Assembly: GCF_001194135.2 (NCBI RefSeq)
Contig: NC_068985.1
Location: 22,618,379-22,682,378 of the forward strand
DNA from: Octopus bimaculoides
Lineage: Eukaryota
Direction of reading: 5' to 3'
DNA: 64,000 nucleotides
A model generated the notes under the pieces. It saw nothing but the letters and a program-made list of their open reading frames with translations. It did not search any database and was not told where the DNA came from. The translations under genes were made by a program, and so were the position numbers. Every line of letters starts with the position of its first letter. Positions within the stretch are counted from its first letter, which is position 1. This document shows positions 1-12,730 of the stretch, one piece after another.

Positions 1-68
<68 letters not shown>

Positions 69-92
69 CATCATCATCATCATCATCATCAT
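1..92. repeat. (AT)n followed by (CAT)n microsatellite
   Basis: Directly visible; the CAT run is the tail of the adjacent SINE-like repeat. Confidence 0.95.
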
Positions 93-295
93 TGTTTAAC
101 GTCCGCTTTCCATGCTGACATGGGCTGGACGGTTTGACTGGGGACTGGTGAGCCAGATGGCTGCACCAGGCTCCAATTTGATCTGGCAGAGTTTCTACAG
201 CTGGATGCCCTTCCTAACGCCAACCACTCCGACTGTGTGGTAGGTATTTTTACGTGCCACCAGCACGGGGGCCAGTCAGCAGCCCTGGCAACGAT
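68..295. mobile_element. Abundant SINE-like interspersed repeat (catcatcatc-gtttaacgtccgctttccatgct...ggatgcccttcctaacgccaaccact family)
   Basis: Same sequence recurs in both orientations at about 5940-6105, 9980-10230, 11345-11525, 16705-16860, 22720-23035, 24650-24820, 27470-27620, 39530-39680 and 60705-60840. Confidence 0.85.
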
Positions 296-611
296 CATAC
301 TTACGTAAATGTCTGCAACTTCATCAGTGTGATCGTCATAGCAATATAATTTGCAGAACTATACATGAGACGTCCGCATGAGATTGAACATGTATATAGT
401 TCTACCAATTACATTTGGTACTATATTTCAAAAGTCTTCGTTTTGGCATGCCAAATACCGGAAATAATTCTGCAGAAAATAATTCTCTGCAGTGAATTTT
501 GCCGGTTAGAGAACATGGTTATTTAAATTTAAATAATAAGGGTGAAAAATGGAATATTATAGGTGGTCTTCTTCTAGCATAATGGATGTCCACTTAGTGG
601 TCATCCCTTAT

Positions 612-672
<61 letters not shown>

Positions 673-1139
673 TGTATATATGTCAATATTAAATGATGAA
701 TGTTATATCCGTTTTGGTGGATATAATTTCTTTATTTGTGAATTAAGGCTACCATTGGTTCCATGTTAATAAAAGTAGGAAAATATCCTAGTGTCTTAAT
801 TTTTCAAGCTAATCACATGGAGAAAAGTGTTCACCCTCATTTTGGAAAATAGAGCCTTGTTTGGTTTGCAGAATAAAACAATCAATCAAGGGACATTACT
901 CTTCAGTGGCATCTTTTGTCTTTTGGGCAAATTGTTGTGTAGTCAATTTGTTTTCATTATTTTGTTTTTGTTCTGGGTGTGGTGTTCTTATACTTGTGCT
1001 GAGGTAGTTCGTCATTGGGGCATATTTCTTCTGAGTGTGGAGTTTGTGTGCTATGTGTGTTTAGAATTCACGTTCAGGAAAGGAGCTATCCTGGTGGGAT
1101 CACCATTGCAGATGGTGGCTCTTCTCATAATGGTGGTGG

Positions 1140-1560
1140 TGGTGTAAAATATTGCTTGTGTATGCAGGGAGAGAAGGTTTCATTCCTAATGTTTAGGATG
1201 TTATCTGTTGATTGAATAATGTCTAATTTTTTAGTAATACAGAGTTCACATTTGGTACACCATCCTTTGTATTCTTTGGCTTTAGCAGTAATTTTCCAAT
1301 CTATCTGGGGGTTGTTTATTCTACCTTCTTTCAATGTCCATATCATATTTGACAGGGATGTTGCATGTGTTTTTTTTTTTTTTTGTGTCTCTGAATGATG
1401 CTAGATGTTGTTTATATACCTTGCTTTAAACGAGTTGCTAGTCATTCTGATATGTTTTTGCTATTCCGTTGGGGGTCTGTGATCTTGGCCTTGTATAAAA
1501 GTTCTTTCTTGAGACAGTTGTTGTTTAGGGGGCAGTAGTTTGGGGATCTGATGTTGCATT
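1140..1560 (-). mobile_element. Penelope-like retroelement fossil, GIY-YIG/C-terminal region
   Basis: Minus-strand peptide ...QHLASF...TSLSNMIWTLK...WKITAKAKEY...CELCITKKLDII...LNIRNETFSPCIH resembles the C..C / LN.R.E...C.H C-terminus of Penelope-like ORFs. Stops and frameshifts present. Confidence 0.65.
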
Positions 1561-4368
1561 ATCTTTCAGGTGTGTTTCTAGTGTGTTTATGCTTATTGTC
1601 ATTATCATGGACCCTATATTGGAAGGGGGGCAACTATAGCTAACTTTAACAGTACTTTTCATTATCAACACGCCATCACCACCACCACAGCTATCTGCCT
1701 CTCTCTCTCTCTCTCTCAATATAACTGCCTCCCCTGTCCATCCTTTCCCTTCAGCTAACTTTTTAACGACGTAATAAGAATTCCTTCCCCACCCCACCAC
1801 ATGTCATTAACACTTCTCTCTCTTTTTTCTCTCATCCTTTTCTCTTGTTCTTCACCTCTACCTTCAGCTGACCAGGTGTCCATTTGGCCTAAGTGTATTA
1901 ATGTTAATCATCTTTCTCTGTTTCTTCCTCTACTCTTTCTTTACTCCTCTCTCTCTCTCACTTTTACTCCATGTCTCACTCATTCCACCTCCACTTCTCT
2001 AACTAACTAATGTATAACGGGCAAATGAACACTCATCAGTTCTGATACCACTTCCACAATGACTGTGCGTGCTAATCCAGTTCATAAAAAAGTATGAAAA
2101 GGAGAGACAATACACAGCCTTTACATAGTCTAACACCCACATTCAACGGTTTTGACTTAGCACCATTCATCTGAAGACAACCATCTAGGGATTTTTGTAG
2201 AATTTCACAGTAACTAGAAGTTTCCCGTTAATCTCAGACTCCTACGAATTCTCTACAGGACGTCTGCAACATGTGAACATATACCATCTCGATGTTTACT
2301 AAACATCTTTTGGTAATGTCTCCATGATTTCTTGAAGACCTACATCTCTTTTCTAAATACCAAGGGAGGCTCAACAAAATTGGAGCGCTCTCTCTTGTCT
2401 CCCTTCTTTAAGAATTGGGATTATCATTCAAGATTGCCATTGCTTTGGTGATTTTCCAGAAGTCAAAGCAATCTGGCATACACGAGTCAATAAGAAAATA
2501 GCTTCTATATTTAAGGTTTTTAACATCTTAGGCTGAATTTCATCCTCCTCATTGCCTAGATGCATCTTGTGTCCACCAGATTTTATTGTCACTGGATTTA
2601 GGAGATCAGCAAAGTGTTCTCTCCTGGTCCCAAGAATGTAATTCTCTGTAGATAGAAGAACCGTAACCAAATTGTAGGTGTGGAAGAAGGTTTCTCTTTA
2701 TGCAGTTGGCAGAAGAAACTGTTGCACATAACAATCTCCACTCCATTTTCACATCCTCAGTTTGTTCAGGAAAGTCTATAAATTTAGATGCAATAGTCCC
2801 ACATATTTATTTCTGATCCTACATCTGCCAGAGCTTCTCATTTTATCCTGGATTTATCAGTTTTTGTGAGTTCTCCCTGTTAGAGATAATCTCAGGTTGC
2901 AGACAATTAGATGGTGATCAGTTGGTATTTCAGACATTTCTTTACATGAATGTCCAACACAGAATCAAAGAGGTCCGTGACAATAACAAAATATATCAGT
3001 AACCTCTCCTAAAGTATCCCTACACCAGATATATTTATGGATATCCCTGTGTTCTCATAGTTTTCAAGGTGAACAATACCAAACCTACTACAAAACGTTG
3101 ACCCTGCTATTGCTCTCTACTAGCTAACTTTGAACTATTAATTATTAATAAGATATTGTATATTTCTACCCCTCATGTGCAAACAGCTCACTGCTTTCCT
3201 TTATCCGAGATCTGAACTGTCAGATCTTTTCAGTTTGGCTGCCAATCTTCGAAAATTCAAAGTTTTGGCTATATTAATATAGTTTTCCAAGCTGAATTTC
3301 TGGAGATATTTCACTTTTATCAGAAAAAAAAAAAAAAAAATGTTATAGCATTTTATAATTTTCACTCAATCACTCAATCTCAGTATGGTCACAGTCTAAT
3401 GACTGAAACAATTAAAAGATAAAGATAAAAGATTAGAGCTTCACCACATCTGCTGTTTACTTTTCAATTCTTCAAATCACTTACCCAGCCACATCTACAT
3501 CTATCTATTTGCTCATGCATACAGACCTAATACTCATTGCATCTCCACCCTTAATATGGCTTCCCCTGACAAATATCAACAGTTATTTTTTTTTTCTTAA
3601 TTTTCCTTTGTCTTATCTATCTTAACCCTGCTGCTTATCAGGTTTTCAAATTTGCATGAGTGTGTCACTTGCGCTGAAGTACATGAGCTAATTTTAACTT
3701 TTATGCTGCACACACACACACTACTCCATCTTATAATACCAGTACTGTTTTTGTTCCAGTCTTTATTACTATGTGTACCATTCATACAATTGTACCACTT
3801 AATCTGCCAAGATTTTTCTCCATCAACAACCCTCCATTCACTTTATCATTTACAACTTTTAGAACCATCTGTTTTGCCTCTTCCTCTTTCTTAGTCATTC
3901 ATACTATTATCTTCTTATCTATTTAGTCAGTACCATCAGAAAATATTTCATAGCATTGTCCTAACCTGGAATGAAAGCATACAAACTCGCTTACTCTACA
4001 AATGATGCAATAATACTATTTCATAATTTTTGATATTACATACATTTGATTTAGTTATCCAGTTTCCTTAGGCTTTCATTAACATGCTCTGGCTTGTTTT
4101 ACATCTATTTGACAGTTTTCACAAATCTGTATTCTGTTGGGAAAGTTTCTTAAAAAATTAACTAAAAACATCACATCACTTGATTAGGAAACAGTATCAC
4201 AAGTTATGGTCAAACTGTAAAATATACTATTGTAATTGTGTTAGTATCTGGTGCAATAATCTACTTTAATTGAATGCTTAGCATATCTGAGAGTAATGAA
4301 ATCTTATTGCAAACAATATAGATATCAAAATTTGCCACCACTAACATATCTCACTAATGCAAAAATAC

Positions 4369-4582
4369 AAGGGGTTACTGAAAGGTTCCTGGCTTTAAGG
4401 GTATTGCGAAAGGCCTGGCTGGAGGCCCAACTTTCTGAGTTCTTTTACAGGGTTTAGAAAAACTGAAGACCACTGCAATAAGTGTGTGAATCAGAGAGGT
4501 GAATATGTTGGATAAAATCATAATTAATTGATCTGCCTGTATTTTCTTTTACTCAAAGCCAGGAACTTATCAGTACCCCCTC
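4369..4582. mobile_element. Tc1/mariner-type MITE with TA flanks; a second partial copy starts at about 4602
   Basis: Left end caaggggttactgaaaggttcctggcttt pairs imperfectly with right end aaagccaggaacttatcagtaccccctca. The first about 110 bp are repeated at 4602-4715. Confidence 0.65.
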
Positions 4583-4744
4583 ATATATATATATATATAT
4601 ATAAGGGGTTACTGAAAGGTTCCTGGCTTCAAGGGTATTATGAAAGGCCTGGTTGGGGTCTCAACCTTCCAAGTTCTTTTACAGGGCTTAGATAAACTGA
4701 AGGACCACCTCAAACGTCCATTCCTCCCTCCGGAACCACACTAG

Positions 4745-5100
4745 CATGTGTCACACCCATACAACTACCAAAGGTATGCAAATATGTATGTGCATGTGTA
4801 TGTGTATACATACATCAGCCAAAAACATGCACACACCCATAAATGTTTTCCCAAACATGCATCCACTCATGTTTACACACAAATATAAAAATGTACACAC
4901 ACACACACCCATGTATGCTCGTCCAGACATACATACATCCAATTTTCACATTTATGCACAGATCCAAGAATGTGCATACTTACACACACACACACGTAAC
5001 AGGCACTAGTGCCCACATATTCACACACTCAACCAGTAACACATACACATATTCATACATCAGGTATATATATGAGTGTACACACACACACGAGTCTTGC
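4745..5100. repeat. CA/TA-rich low-complexity tract
   Basis: Degenerate (CA)n/(TG)n; produces the spurious His/Thr-rich ORFs. Confidence 0.85.
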
Positions 5101-5689
5101 TTCTGCCAGCTCCAGGTGGTCCAAGAAATTCTTTTTTTTAACAGAACTGGGGTCATGGAATCATCAATCTTACTCTCGCAACATCAAGTGATCCACCTTG
5201 ACCAATAGCAGCCCCTTAGTAGCCATCTTGGATTTCCCACGTGCCTCTGGTAATCTGAGCCTGAACAAACTAGACTTCTGTATGAAACTGTTTTAAATAA
5301 TGCTACATGCTCCTACTAAATGTATCGAGTGCCTTTTCCTGTCGTTTGTCCACTCACTTGTGTGTGTGTATACATATTTAAGTATATAATTATAATGAAG
5401 AGCATTGAAAGGACAATGCCAATATGCTAGAAGTAGATGTCAAATGGCTACAGACCACTTAAATTTGTTCTCATTTTTGTACAAAGCCTTGAGAACAAAT
5501 TTAGAGTGATTTGTAGACATTTGATGTCTACTTCTAGTGTATTGCCATTGTCCCTCCAGCATCCTTAATTATAATTATATACTTAAATATTAATTTTACC
5601 AATAATATGGTGTTTTTTTTATATGCTGGCCACTGGTATAATCCTTTTAATGATTATATCCTCAATTTATATTTATAAAAATGGAACAT

Positions 5690-6105
5690 GTAAAAAGCAC
5701 CCTTCGAACATGGCCGATGCCAGTGCCCCCAGACTGGCTCCCGTACCAGTGGCACGTAAAAAACACTATCCAGACAGGATTGATGCCAGGGTCACCTGAC
5801 TGGCTCCCATGCCAGTGGTATGTAAAAAGCACCATCTGAACGTGGCCGATGCCAGTGCACTCTGACTGGCTCCCATACCAGTGGCACTATCTGAACATGA
5901 ATGATGCCAAACCCACCTGACTGGCTCCTGTGCCAGTGGCACATGGAAAACACCCACTACACTCTTGGAGTGGTTGGCATTAGGAAAGGCAGCCAGCTGT
6001 ATAAACATTGCCAGATCAGATTGGAGCCTGGTGCAGCTGCTGGCTCTCCAAACTGTCCAACCCATGCCAGCATGGAAAATGGACGTTAAACGATGATGAT
6101 GATTA
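5690..6105 (-). mobile_element. SINE-like repeat with four tandem about 60-65 bp subunits
   Basis: Unit ...gatgccag...gactggctccc...ccagtggca... repeated about 4 times at 5695-5945, followed by the common SINE body. Confidence 0.75.
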
Positions 6106-6859
6106 TATATGACACACACATGAACATGCTGAAAAGTTCCTGGCTTTGGGTAAAAGGATCAGTTAATTATGATTTTATTCAGTCAACTTGCTGACCTTGA
6201 GCCAATATTTGAAATCTATATTAAAAACTGGGTTTGAACAGTATAAAACTTCAGGAACTTGAATCACACAATCTTTAATACTGACTTAGACTACAAACAT
6301 TACATAGTTGAAAAACTTGTTACATGAGGAAGACATTCCAAAACAAGAGTCAACAGTCAGTTGAAAGTCAAACATGAAAAGTAATTGCAAGTAGAAAAAT
6401 ATTTTTAATTCTATCCACTTTTGTCAAGAAGTTGTCAGATTAAGAAGTTAATCCTTAACAGTATGTTTAAAGAAAACTATTGTGATATTTACTAAGTTAT
6501 TCTCATTGGTTGGCATCCAAGTAAAATCCCCAGGCAAAATAAAAATGAAATAACCAATTCATTAACAAGCTTGACCTGCTAGTAACAGCAATCAAATCAA
6601 ACTCATACACTATATAAAAACAATATTAAACATTGTAGTCCCTTACATGCAAAAATATGGGATGTTTTTTGTACTGTAATACTGATGATCACAGATCTAT
6701 TTGATCAGAACCACATTTAAAAAACAAATCTCAGAAAAATATAAATCTTTAGAGACAGAATTTAATCTTTTTACTATTTGAAAAATTATGAATAATCTAG
6801 TAACATAACTTTATTAAGCTGATGCTTTAAGCATAAGATTTTATTTGAGATAACTTTAA

Positions 6860-7045
6860 CCCTTTAACATTCAGATTACAATGTCAAATGTGATACTTAT
6901 TCATTCACATTGTTTTGAATCATGTATTATCTTGTAGCTTCCAGTTTTCAATGATGTGATTGTTTATTTTTAGAATGACATTGAAGGGTAAGTGTAAGAG
7001 GTCAGAAAATTTGGGTCCGATATAGTCAGTTAAAATGCTAAAGGG
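6860..7045. mobile_element. piggyBac-type MITE
   Basis: TTAA-ccctttaacatt ... aatgctaaaggg-TTAA. Related fragments at about 52910-53040 and 62330-62453. Confidence 0.75.
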
Positions 7046-7509
7046 TTAAACAGTAAGTTTGTATCATAGAACCATGGCAATCCTGTATATATTCTTTCCT
7101 GGTAGGAATAAGTATATCCTTCAAAGACGAGTTCCATTTTATCATCTCAATCCTACCTGAAAGATCCATTTCTGACATATATAAAAAGTCCTAGTGGTAG
7201 AACCAATTGTACGAGTTTAAATTTGTCAAACTAGGGCTAGTCTGAATGGTGTGTGTATGGTAGATGTGGTGGTGGTACTGTTGTTTATCACGCAACTTTG
7301 CAATAAGTTCCAAGTTGACAAATTATATCATTGTTTTGATGAAAATTGTTCATTGCTTGAAAAATATAGTTGAAGTTTAATAGAATTTAATATGTACGGA
7401 ATGCATGAAGTGTCATTGTTGGGCCCAAAGTTTAATGAAGAGCCCACTGCAAGAGTTAGCTTAAAAGCTTTTAAGGTAGTGTATATATATATATATATAC
7501 ACACACACA

Positions 7510-7840
7510 CGAGGGGTACCAAAAGTAACTGGAAACAAACATTCTCTGTGGGACAAGCCCATGTAGTTCAGGCTTCCGCCACTAGAACTCACTTGATGTG
7601 ACCCTCAGCATCAGTCTCACAACTGGCATTGTCAACTGAGGTCATACTGCCATGTGGTGCTTCTTTGTTTTGCAATGTTTCTTCTCTCTGTCAATTTTTG
7701 AGATGGCTAAAAAAACTGAACAGCATGCTTCCATGAAATTCTGTTGGGGAGAATGGTGACCAAAACAGCTGCCTCAAACAGCTTACAAGGCCACTGCCAT
7801 AAGCAAAACACAAGTTTATGAGTAGTTTTCACGCTTTTGA
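7510..7840 (+). mobile_element. Mariner 5' fragment (TIR plus degenerate N-terminal HTH coding region)
   Basis: Starts cgaggggtaccaaaagtaactggaa; decayed EQHASMKFC...AYK..AISKTQVYE*FSRF. Confidence 0.55.
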
Positions 7841-7889
7841 TATGGCTCCATCAGTTTGTACCATCTTGAAGCAAAAGGAAGATTATTTA

Positions 7890-8690
7890 AATAAATTTAA
7901 AGGAAGTCACTTTCTAAAATTCAACTTGGTTACGAAGAAAAGATGAAAGTTTAATTGCACGCATAGAAAAACTTTTGACAGCTTGGATTAGCAATCAAAT
8001 TCATAGATTTCATATCCCACTTAAGATATAATTTACAGTAAAGTAACTTCCCTTTTTAACTTGTTTAAGGATAAATCATTTGTAATGAGCAATAGTTGGT
8101 TTGATCACTTCAAAAAGGGATCCAAGGAGAATTACCTAGTGCAAATCAAAAAGCTGCAGGAACCTTTCCTTGCCAATTAGAAGATTTGATTGAAGAAGAA
8201 AGCTTTGTACTGTATCAAATCTTTAATGTGGATGTGACGGGCCTATTTTGGAAACGAATGCCTTCAAGGACTTTTACTGAGAGAAGAATCTTCAATGTCA
8301 GGACTCAAAGCTGTAAAAGATAGGATAACATTGCTTCTGAGAGGAAATTCTGAAGGGAACTGCAAACTCAAGCCCATGCTTACTTATCAATCTGAAAACC
8401 CCCATGCTTTAAAAGGAATTGATAAGACAAAACTTCCTGTAATCTGGAAGTGTAACAAAAACACTTGGGTGACAAAAACTCTCTTTGAAGATTGGTTTTC
8501 TAATCAGCTTGTTCCTGAAGTAGAATAATATTGTAAGGATAAAAAAAATTCCTTTCAAGATTCTTTTGATAATGGATAATGCCCCCAGTCATGCTGCATT
8601 TTTAAAGCATCATCATCAAAATATTAATGTTGCTTTTTTACCTCCCAGTGCAACATCTATATTGCAGCTTATAGATCAAATTTAATGCTT
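7890..8690 (+). pseudogene. pogo/Tigger-family DDE transposase fossil
   Basis: Segments QIFNVDVTGLFWKRMP, KDRITLLLRGNSEGNCKLKPML, WFSNQLVPEVE*, IMDNAPSH and FLPPSATSILQLIDQ are typical of the DDE_1 domain; interrupted by stops and frameshifts. Confidence 0.85.
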
Positions 8691-9686
8691 GTTATCATGA
8701 AATCTACCATGAAATGAAGAAAGTTTTTCAACAACTTTAGATAATTTTTTAACAAAGAAAACCAATGCAAACCAAATATCAAAACAAGAAACTCAACAAA
8801 TGGAAATGACATGCGCTCAAGAGGCCGCAGTGACAGCAGACCCAATGGATACGAATTAAATTTCAGTTAAATTTTGTTTTATGTTTTTCTTTTTCTTCAT
8901 TCAGTAGTTAGTGATTTAATAAAAAAATTATTCTCTTTAATATTGCTATTTAAAAAAAAAAAGTTAAGAATCAATTTCTTTAGTGAGAACGAATTAAAGG
9001 TATATTGTTTTCAATGGACGATAACCCACTATATGAAATTTTCACTTTACGAATCTAGTCAGGAATAAATTAATTCATAAACATGGGGTTTGCCTGTATA
9101 TAAAATTGAAATTCTGTCTGCTTTTTTTCTCTGACAAAATGAAAGTAAAGACAGCAAATCTGTTAGAGTAGTCTCACCCTAATTCAGGGGAAGTAACACT
9201 GGAAGAAGCTTCAATAACAAAAACACCAGAGGTTTTTCTGCTATTATTGTTGAACTGTGGAATAAGTTTAGAAATGAACTTGAAGATTTCAAGCACCAAG
9301 TTCAGTTGAGTAATCCTGAGCAAGATACTTGTTTCACTGATGCTATATACAATGCATCTTTGATTGAAATAGATCAAATTATTTCTATGGGAGGTGAACC
9401 TATAGAAAATTTAGGTCTCCCGCTAATTGAGGGGATCTTAAGTTTGTTCACTGAAATAATGAGGGGAAAAGGATTTAAACTTAAGCTTGACTAAGGTAGG
9501 ATTTCATATTATAAAGTGGTTGAGGGATTCAAAGTTCACTTCCCAACCATGTGATTTCAGGGTTGCTCCCTTGCATTGCATCTAGGGCAAGAACCTCCTA
9601 CTATATAGCCCTTAACTGACCAAAGCCATGAGGGGATTCTGGCAGGGAGCTGAAAGAAGCCCATCAAATATTTGTGTGTATGAGTG

Positions 9687-9717
<31 letters not shown>

Positions 9718-10935
9718 GTGCATATTTCTTTTTGTCTTCATGTGTTGGTTGGTTGTAAATAATGTCACTATTTGCTTGCAGTCCACTGAAGAAAAAAAAT
9801 GTTTGGGCTTCTTGAAAGAAACAAAGAAAAAGAAAAGTCTATTAATGTGGTGTCATTTGTTTCCAGTTCTCCATGGTAACTATTTGTTGGTCAATAAACT
9901 GGGAGATTACCTCAATTGTAAGTGGATTTAGTAGATGGAAACTGAAAGAAGTTTGTGTGTGTACATACAGACATACATATATCATCATCATCATCATCAT
10001 TGAAAGTCTGTTTTCAATGCTAGCATAGGCTGGATGATTTGACAGGAGCTGGCAAGGCCAGGAGCCATTCAAGGCTTCATTGTCTGTTTTGGCATGATTT
10101 CCACAGCTAGATGCCCTTCCTAATACCAACCACTTTACAAAATATAGTGGATGCTTTTTACATGGCACGAGCACTGACAGGGTCACCAAATACTTTGTAA
10201 GACAAACATCCCTCAACTGGGAACAGGGAGTACTATTGAGTGGGTGTGGCTTTGTGCCAGGACAGGGATAGGTGTCTTGCTGTAGATTAGATACATGGAT
10301 ACCCAGTTGGAAAACAAAGGAGGATGAGTCAGAGGGTAAGATAAGGAGAGCTACAGTGAGAGAGATGATGTCAGGACATGCTCTCAAGAGACACTGGGGG
10401 TGCCTGAGAATGGAAGTGGACTGGGTGAGCTGGCAGGATTGAAGTGGTTGTAGCAAATGGAGAGAAATACAAGAGACTAGGAGCAGATATGTGAGGGCAC
10501 TGAAGGTGATAAGCTGGTAAGTGAGGTGTTAATGATGGAGAACAGCACAGAAAGGAGATGATTGGTGGGGAGATAATGGGAAATGGAAGTGTTTTGGGGT
10601 GGGGGAACTGAGGAAGCTACCAGATATTGTATGTGCCTATTTTGCTTTTAAGTGATAAAGAAGTGATGGGTGTCAGAGAATGAAATGTGTGAGGGGGGGT
10701 GAAAGGTTGATGGGGCAGAGAAGATGGCAACAGGAAGGGCAATCAGCCATTGAAGACTCAACTTACTCTAACCCATGCAAGCATGGAGTAGATAAAAAAA
10801 ACAGTAACTTCCACTTTCTAGCATTTATTATTTACATCAATGTTAGTAAATTATTACTTACATCAATGTTAGCTGTTTTGAGACAGACTTAGCAGTAACC
10901 TCCATGGTTCTACGATACAAATTTTGTGTTTTTGT

Positions 10936-12326
10936 TGTATAGTAAAACTAACCTCCAGGTGAAAAGTGGTAGTAGCCAGCCATTATAAATAGATGGCCAT
11001 GTCTGTGCTGATATTGTAATTATACTGCGATACTGAGTGGATGTTATAACAATCCAGCCTTCTGAGGATAACAACATTGTATGACTGGGAGTCATACAGT
11101 GCCAGATAGAAACATTCTATCAACAACTTCGGACTATAACAATATCAATCAGAGCGACAACCATCGTCAAAAGACATACAGTGGCAATGAGGAAAAACAA
11201 ATTTACACGGATTGAAAAAAGAAAAAAATTCAGAGTTTAAATAAATTCACACAGAAAAATACCTAGACGAAAATAAATAAATAAAATTCTTGTTGTGCAA
11301 ACTATTGAAAATCATAAAATATGGAAGAGCACAATCGCAACGTCGCCAATGCCAGTGGCACATAAAAGCACACACTACACCCTCAGAGTGGTTGGCATTA
11401 GGAAGGGCATCCAGCTGTAGAAACATTGCCAGATCAGATTAGAGCCTGGTGCAGCTGCTGGCTTTCCAGACCTTAGTCAAACCGTCCAACCCATGTCAGC
11501 ATGGAAAACAGCGTTAAACAACGATGATGGTAGACTTGTTAGCTGGAATAGTTGAGTTGCAAAAACAGCAAGGATTGCAGCAGCAAATGTTGCAACTAAT
11601 GAGGTTATTAACGCAACTGGAGAATACATTTTCACCTGACCATGAAGCAAGTTCCATAAGTGAATTCAGATATGTTCCTGAAGGAGGAGTAACCTTCGAG
11701 GCTTACCTTTGAAGATTTCAACTAATTTTTGAAAAACAATGTCAGGATAGGATGCATGAAATGAAAATGCATCTAGATTTAAGAAAACTAGCAACAGTAA
11801 AGCATGAGAAGTATAGTAATTTCATATTGCCAAAAAAAAGCGTAGTGGGTGCTTTTCTGTGCCACTGGCACAGGGGCCAGGGGAGCTGGCATCGACCACA
11901 ATCAGATGGTGGTTTCTACATGCCACCGACACAGAAGCCAGTCAAAGCAGCACTGGCATCGGCCACGTCCAGATGGTGCTTTTTATGTGCTACCAGCACG
12001 GGGCTCACAACTACAATTTCCATTTGATTAGATTTTGCTGTTGATGCACTTGACTCAGTAAGTCTCCTCAAGCACGGCATGTCGCCCTACTATCCAACGT
12101 ACTTTTGAGTGGGCTGGCTATGCAATAATGGTGAAGGTTACAGCTGTGGACTTGCTTTATTTGCCGGGTCTTCTCAGTCACAGCATACCTTCAGAGGTCT
12201 CGATCTTTTGTCATTGCCTCTGTTGAGGCCAAATGTTCGAAGGTCATGCTTCACCACCTCACCCCACGTCTTCCTGGGTCTCCCTCTACCCTGGATTCCT
12301 TCCACTGTTTGGGAGTGGCACTACTT

Positions 12327-12363
<37 letters not shown>

Positions 12364-12730
12364 ATAAAAAGATGTGGGGTGATTAAAAGAGATTGATTGT
12401 TAAATAAGAAACTAAAAGAGAAAATGTATAGTGAAACTGTACATCTCTCCCAGCAAAAAGTGGTAGTAGCCAGCCACTATAAATGGACCAGTAGCCGGTT
12501 GACAGTACATGTAGACAGAGTGCATGTAGACGATAGTTGTGCCTGTACTGATATAGTAATTATACTGTGATACTAAGTGGATATTATAACGATTCAATCT
12601 TTTGATGACAACAGTACTGTATGACTGGGGGAGGGGGGGGGTTACAGTGCCAGATAGAAACTTTCTATCGACAACTTTGAAAGATAATATCTGTCAGAGC
12701 AACAACAGTCATCAAAAGACAGATACAACA
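10936..12730 (+). mobile_element. Old, internally deleted Gypsy-like LTR element (LTR-PBS-gag fragment-PPT-LTR)
   Basis: Diverged direct repeats 10936-11180 and 12425-12730, both TG...CA. tggcaatgagg follows the first repeat. A gag-like peptide lies at 11525-11840 (FRYVPEGGVTFEAYL*RF...LRKLATVKHEKYSNFILPK). A purine-rich tract precedes the second repeat. SINEs are nested inside. Confidence 0.6.

Noticed and set aside
4746-5208. His/Thr/Tyr-rich ORFs
   Set aside because: Translation of CA/TA low-complexity sequence.
9842-10456. 204-aa minus-strand ORF
   Set aside because: Reads through SINE and microsatellite sequence.
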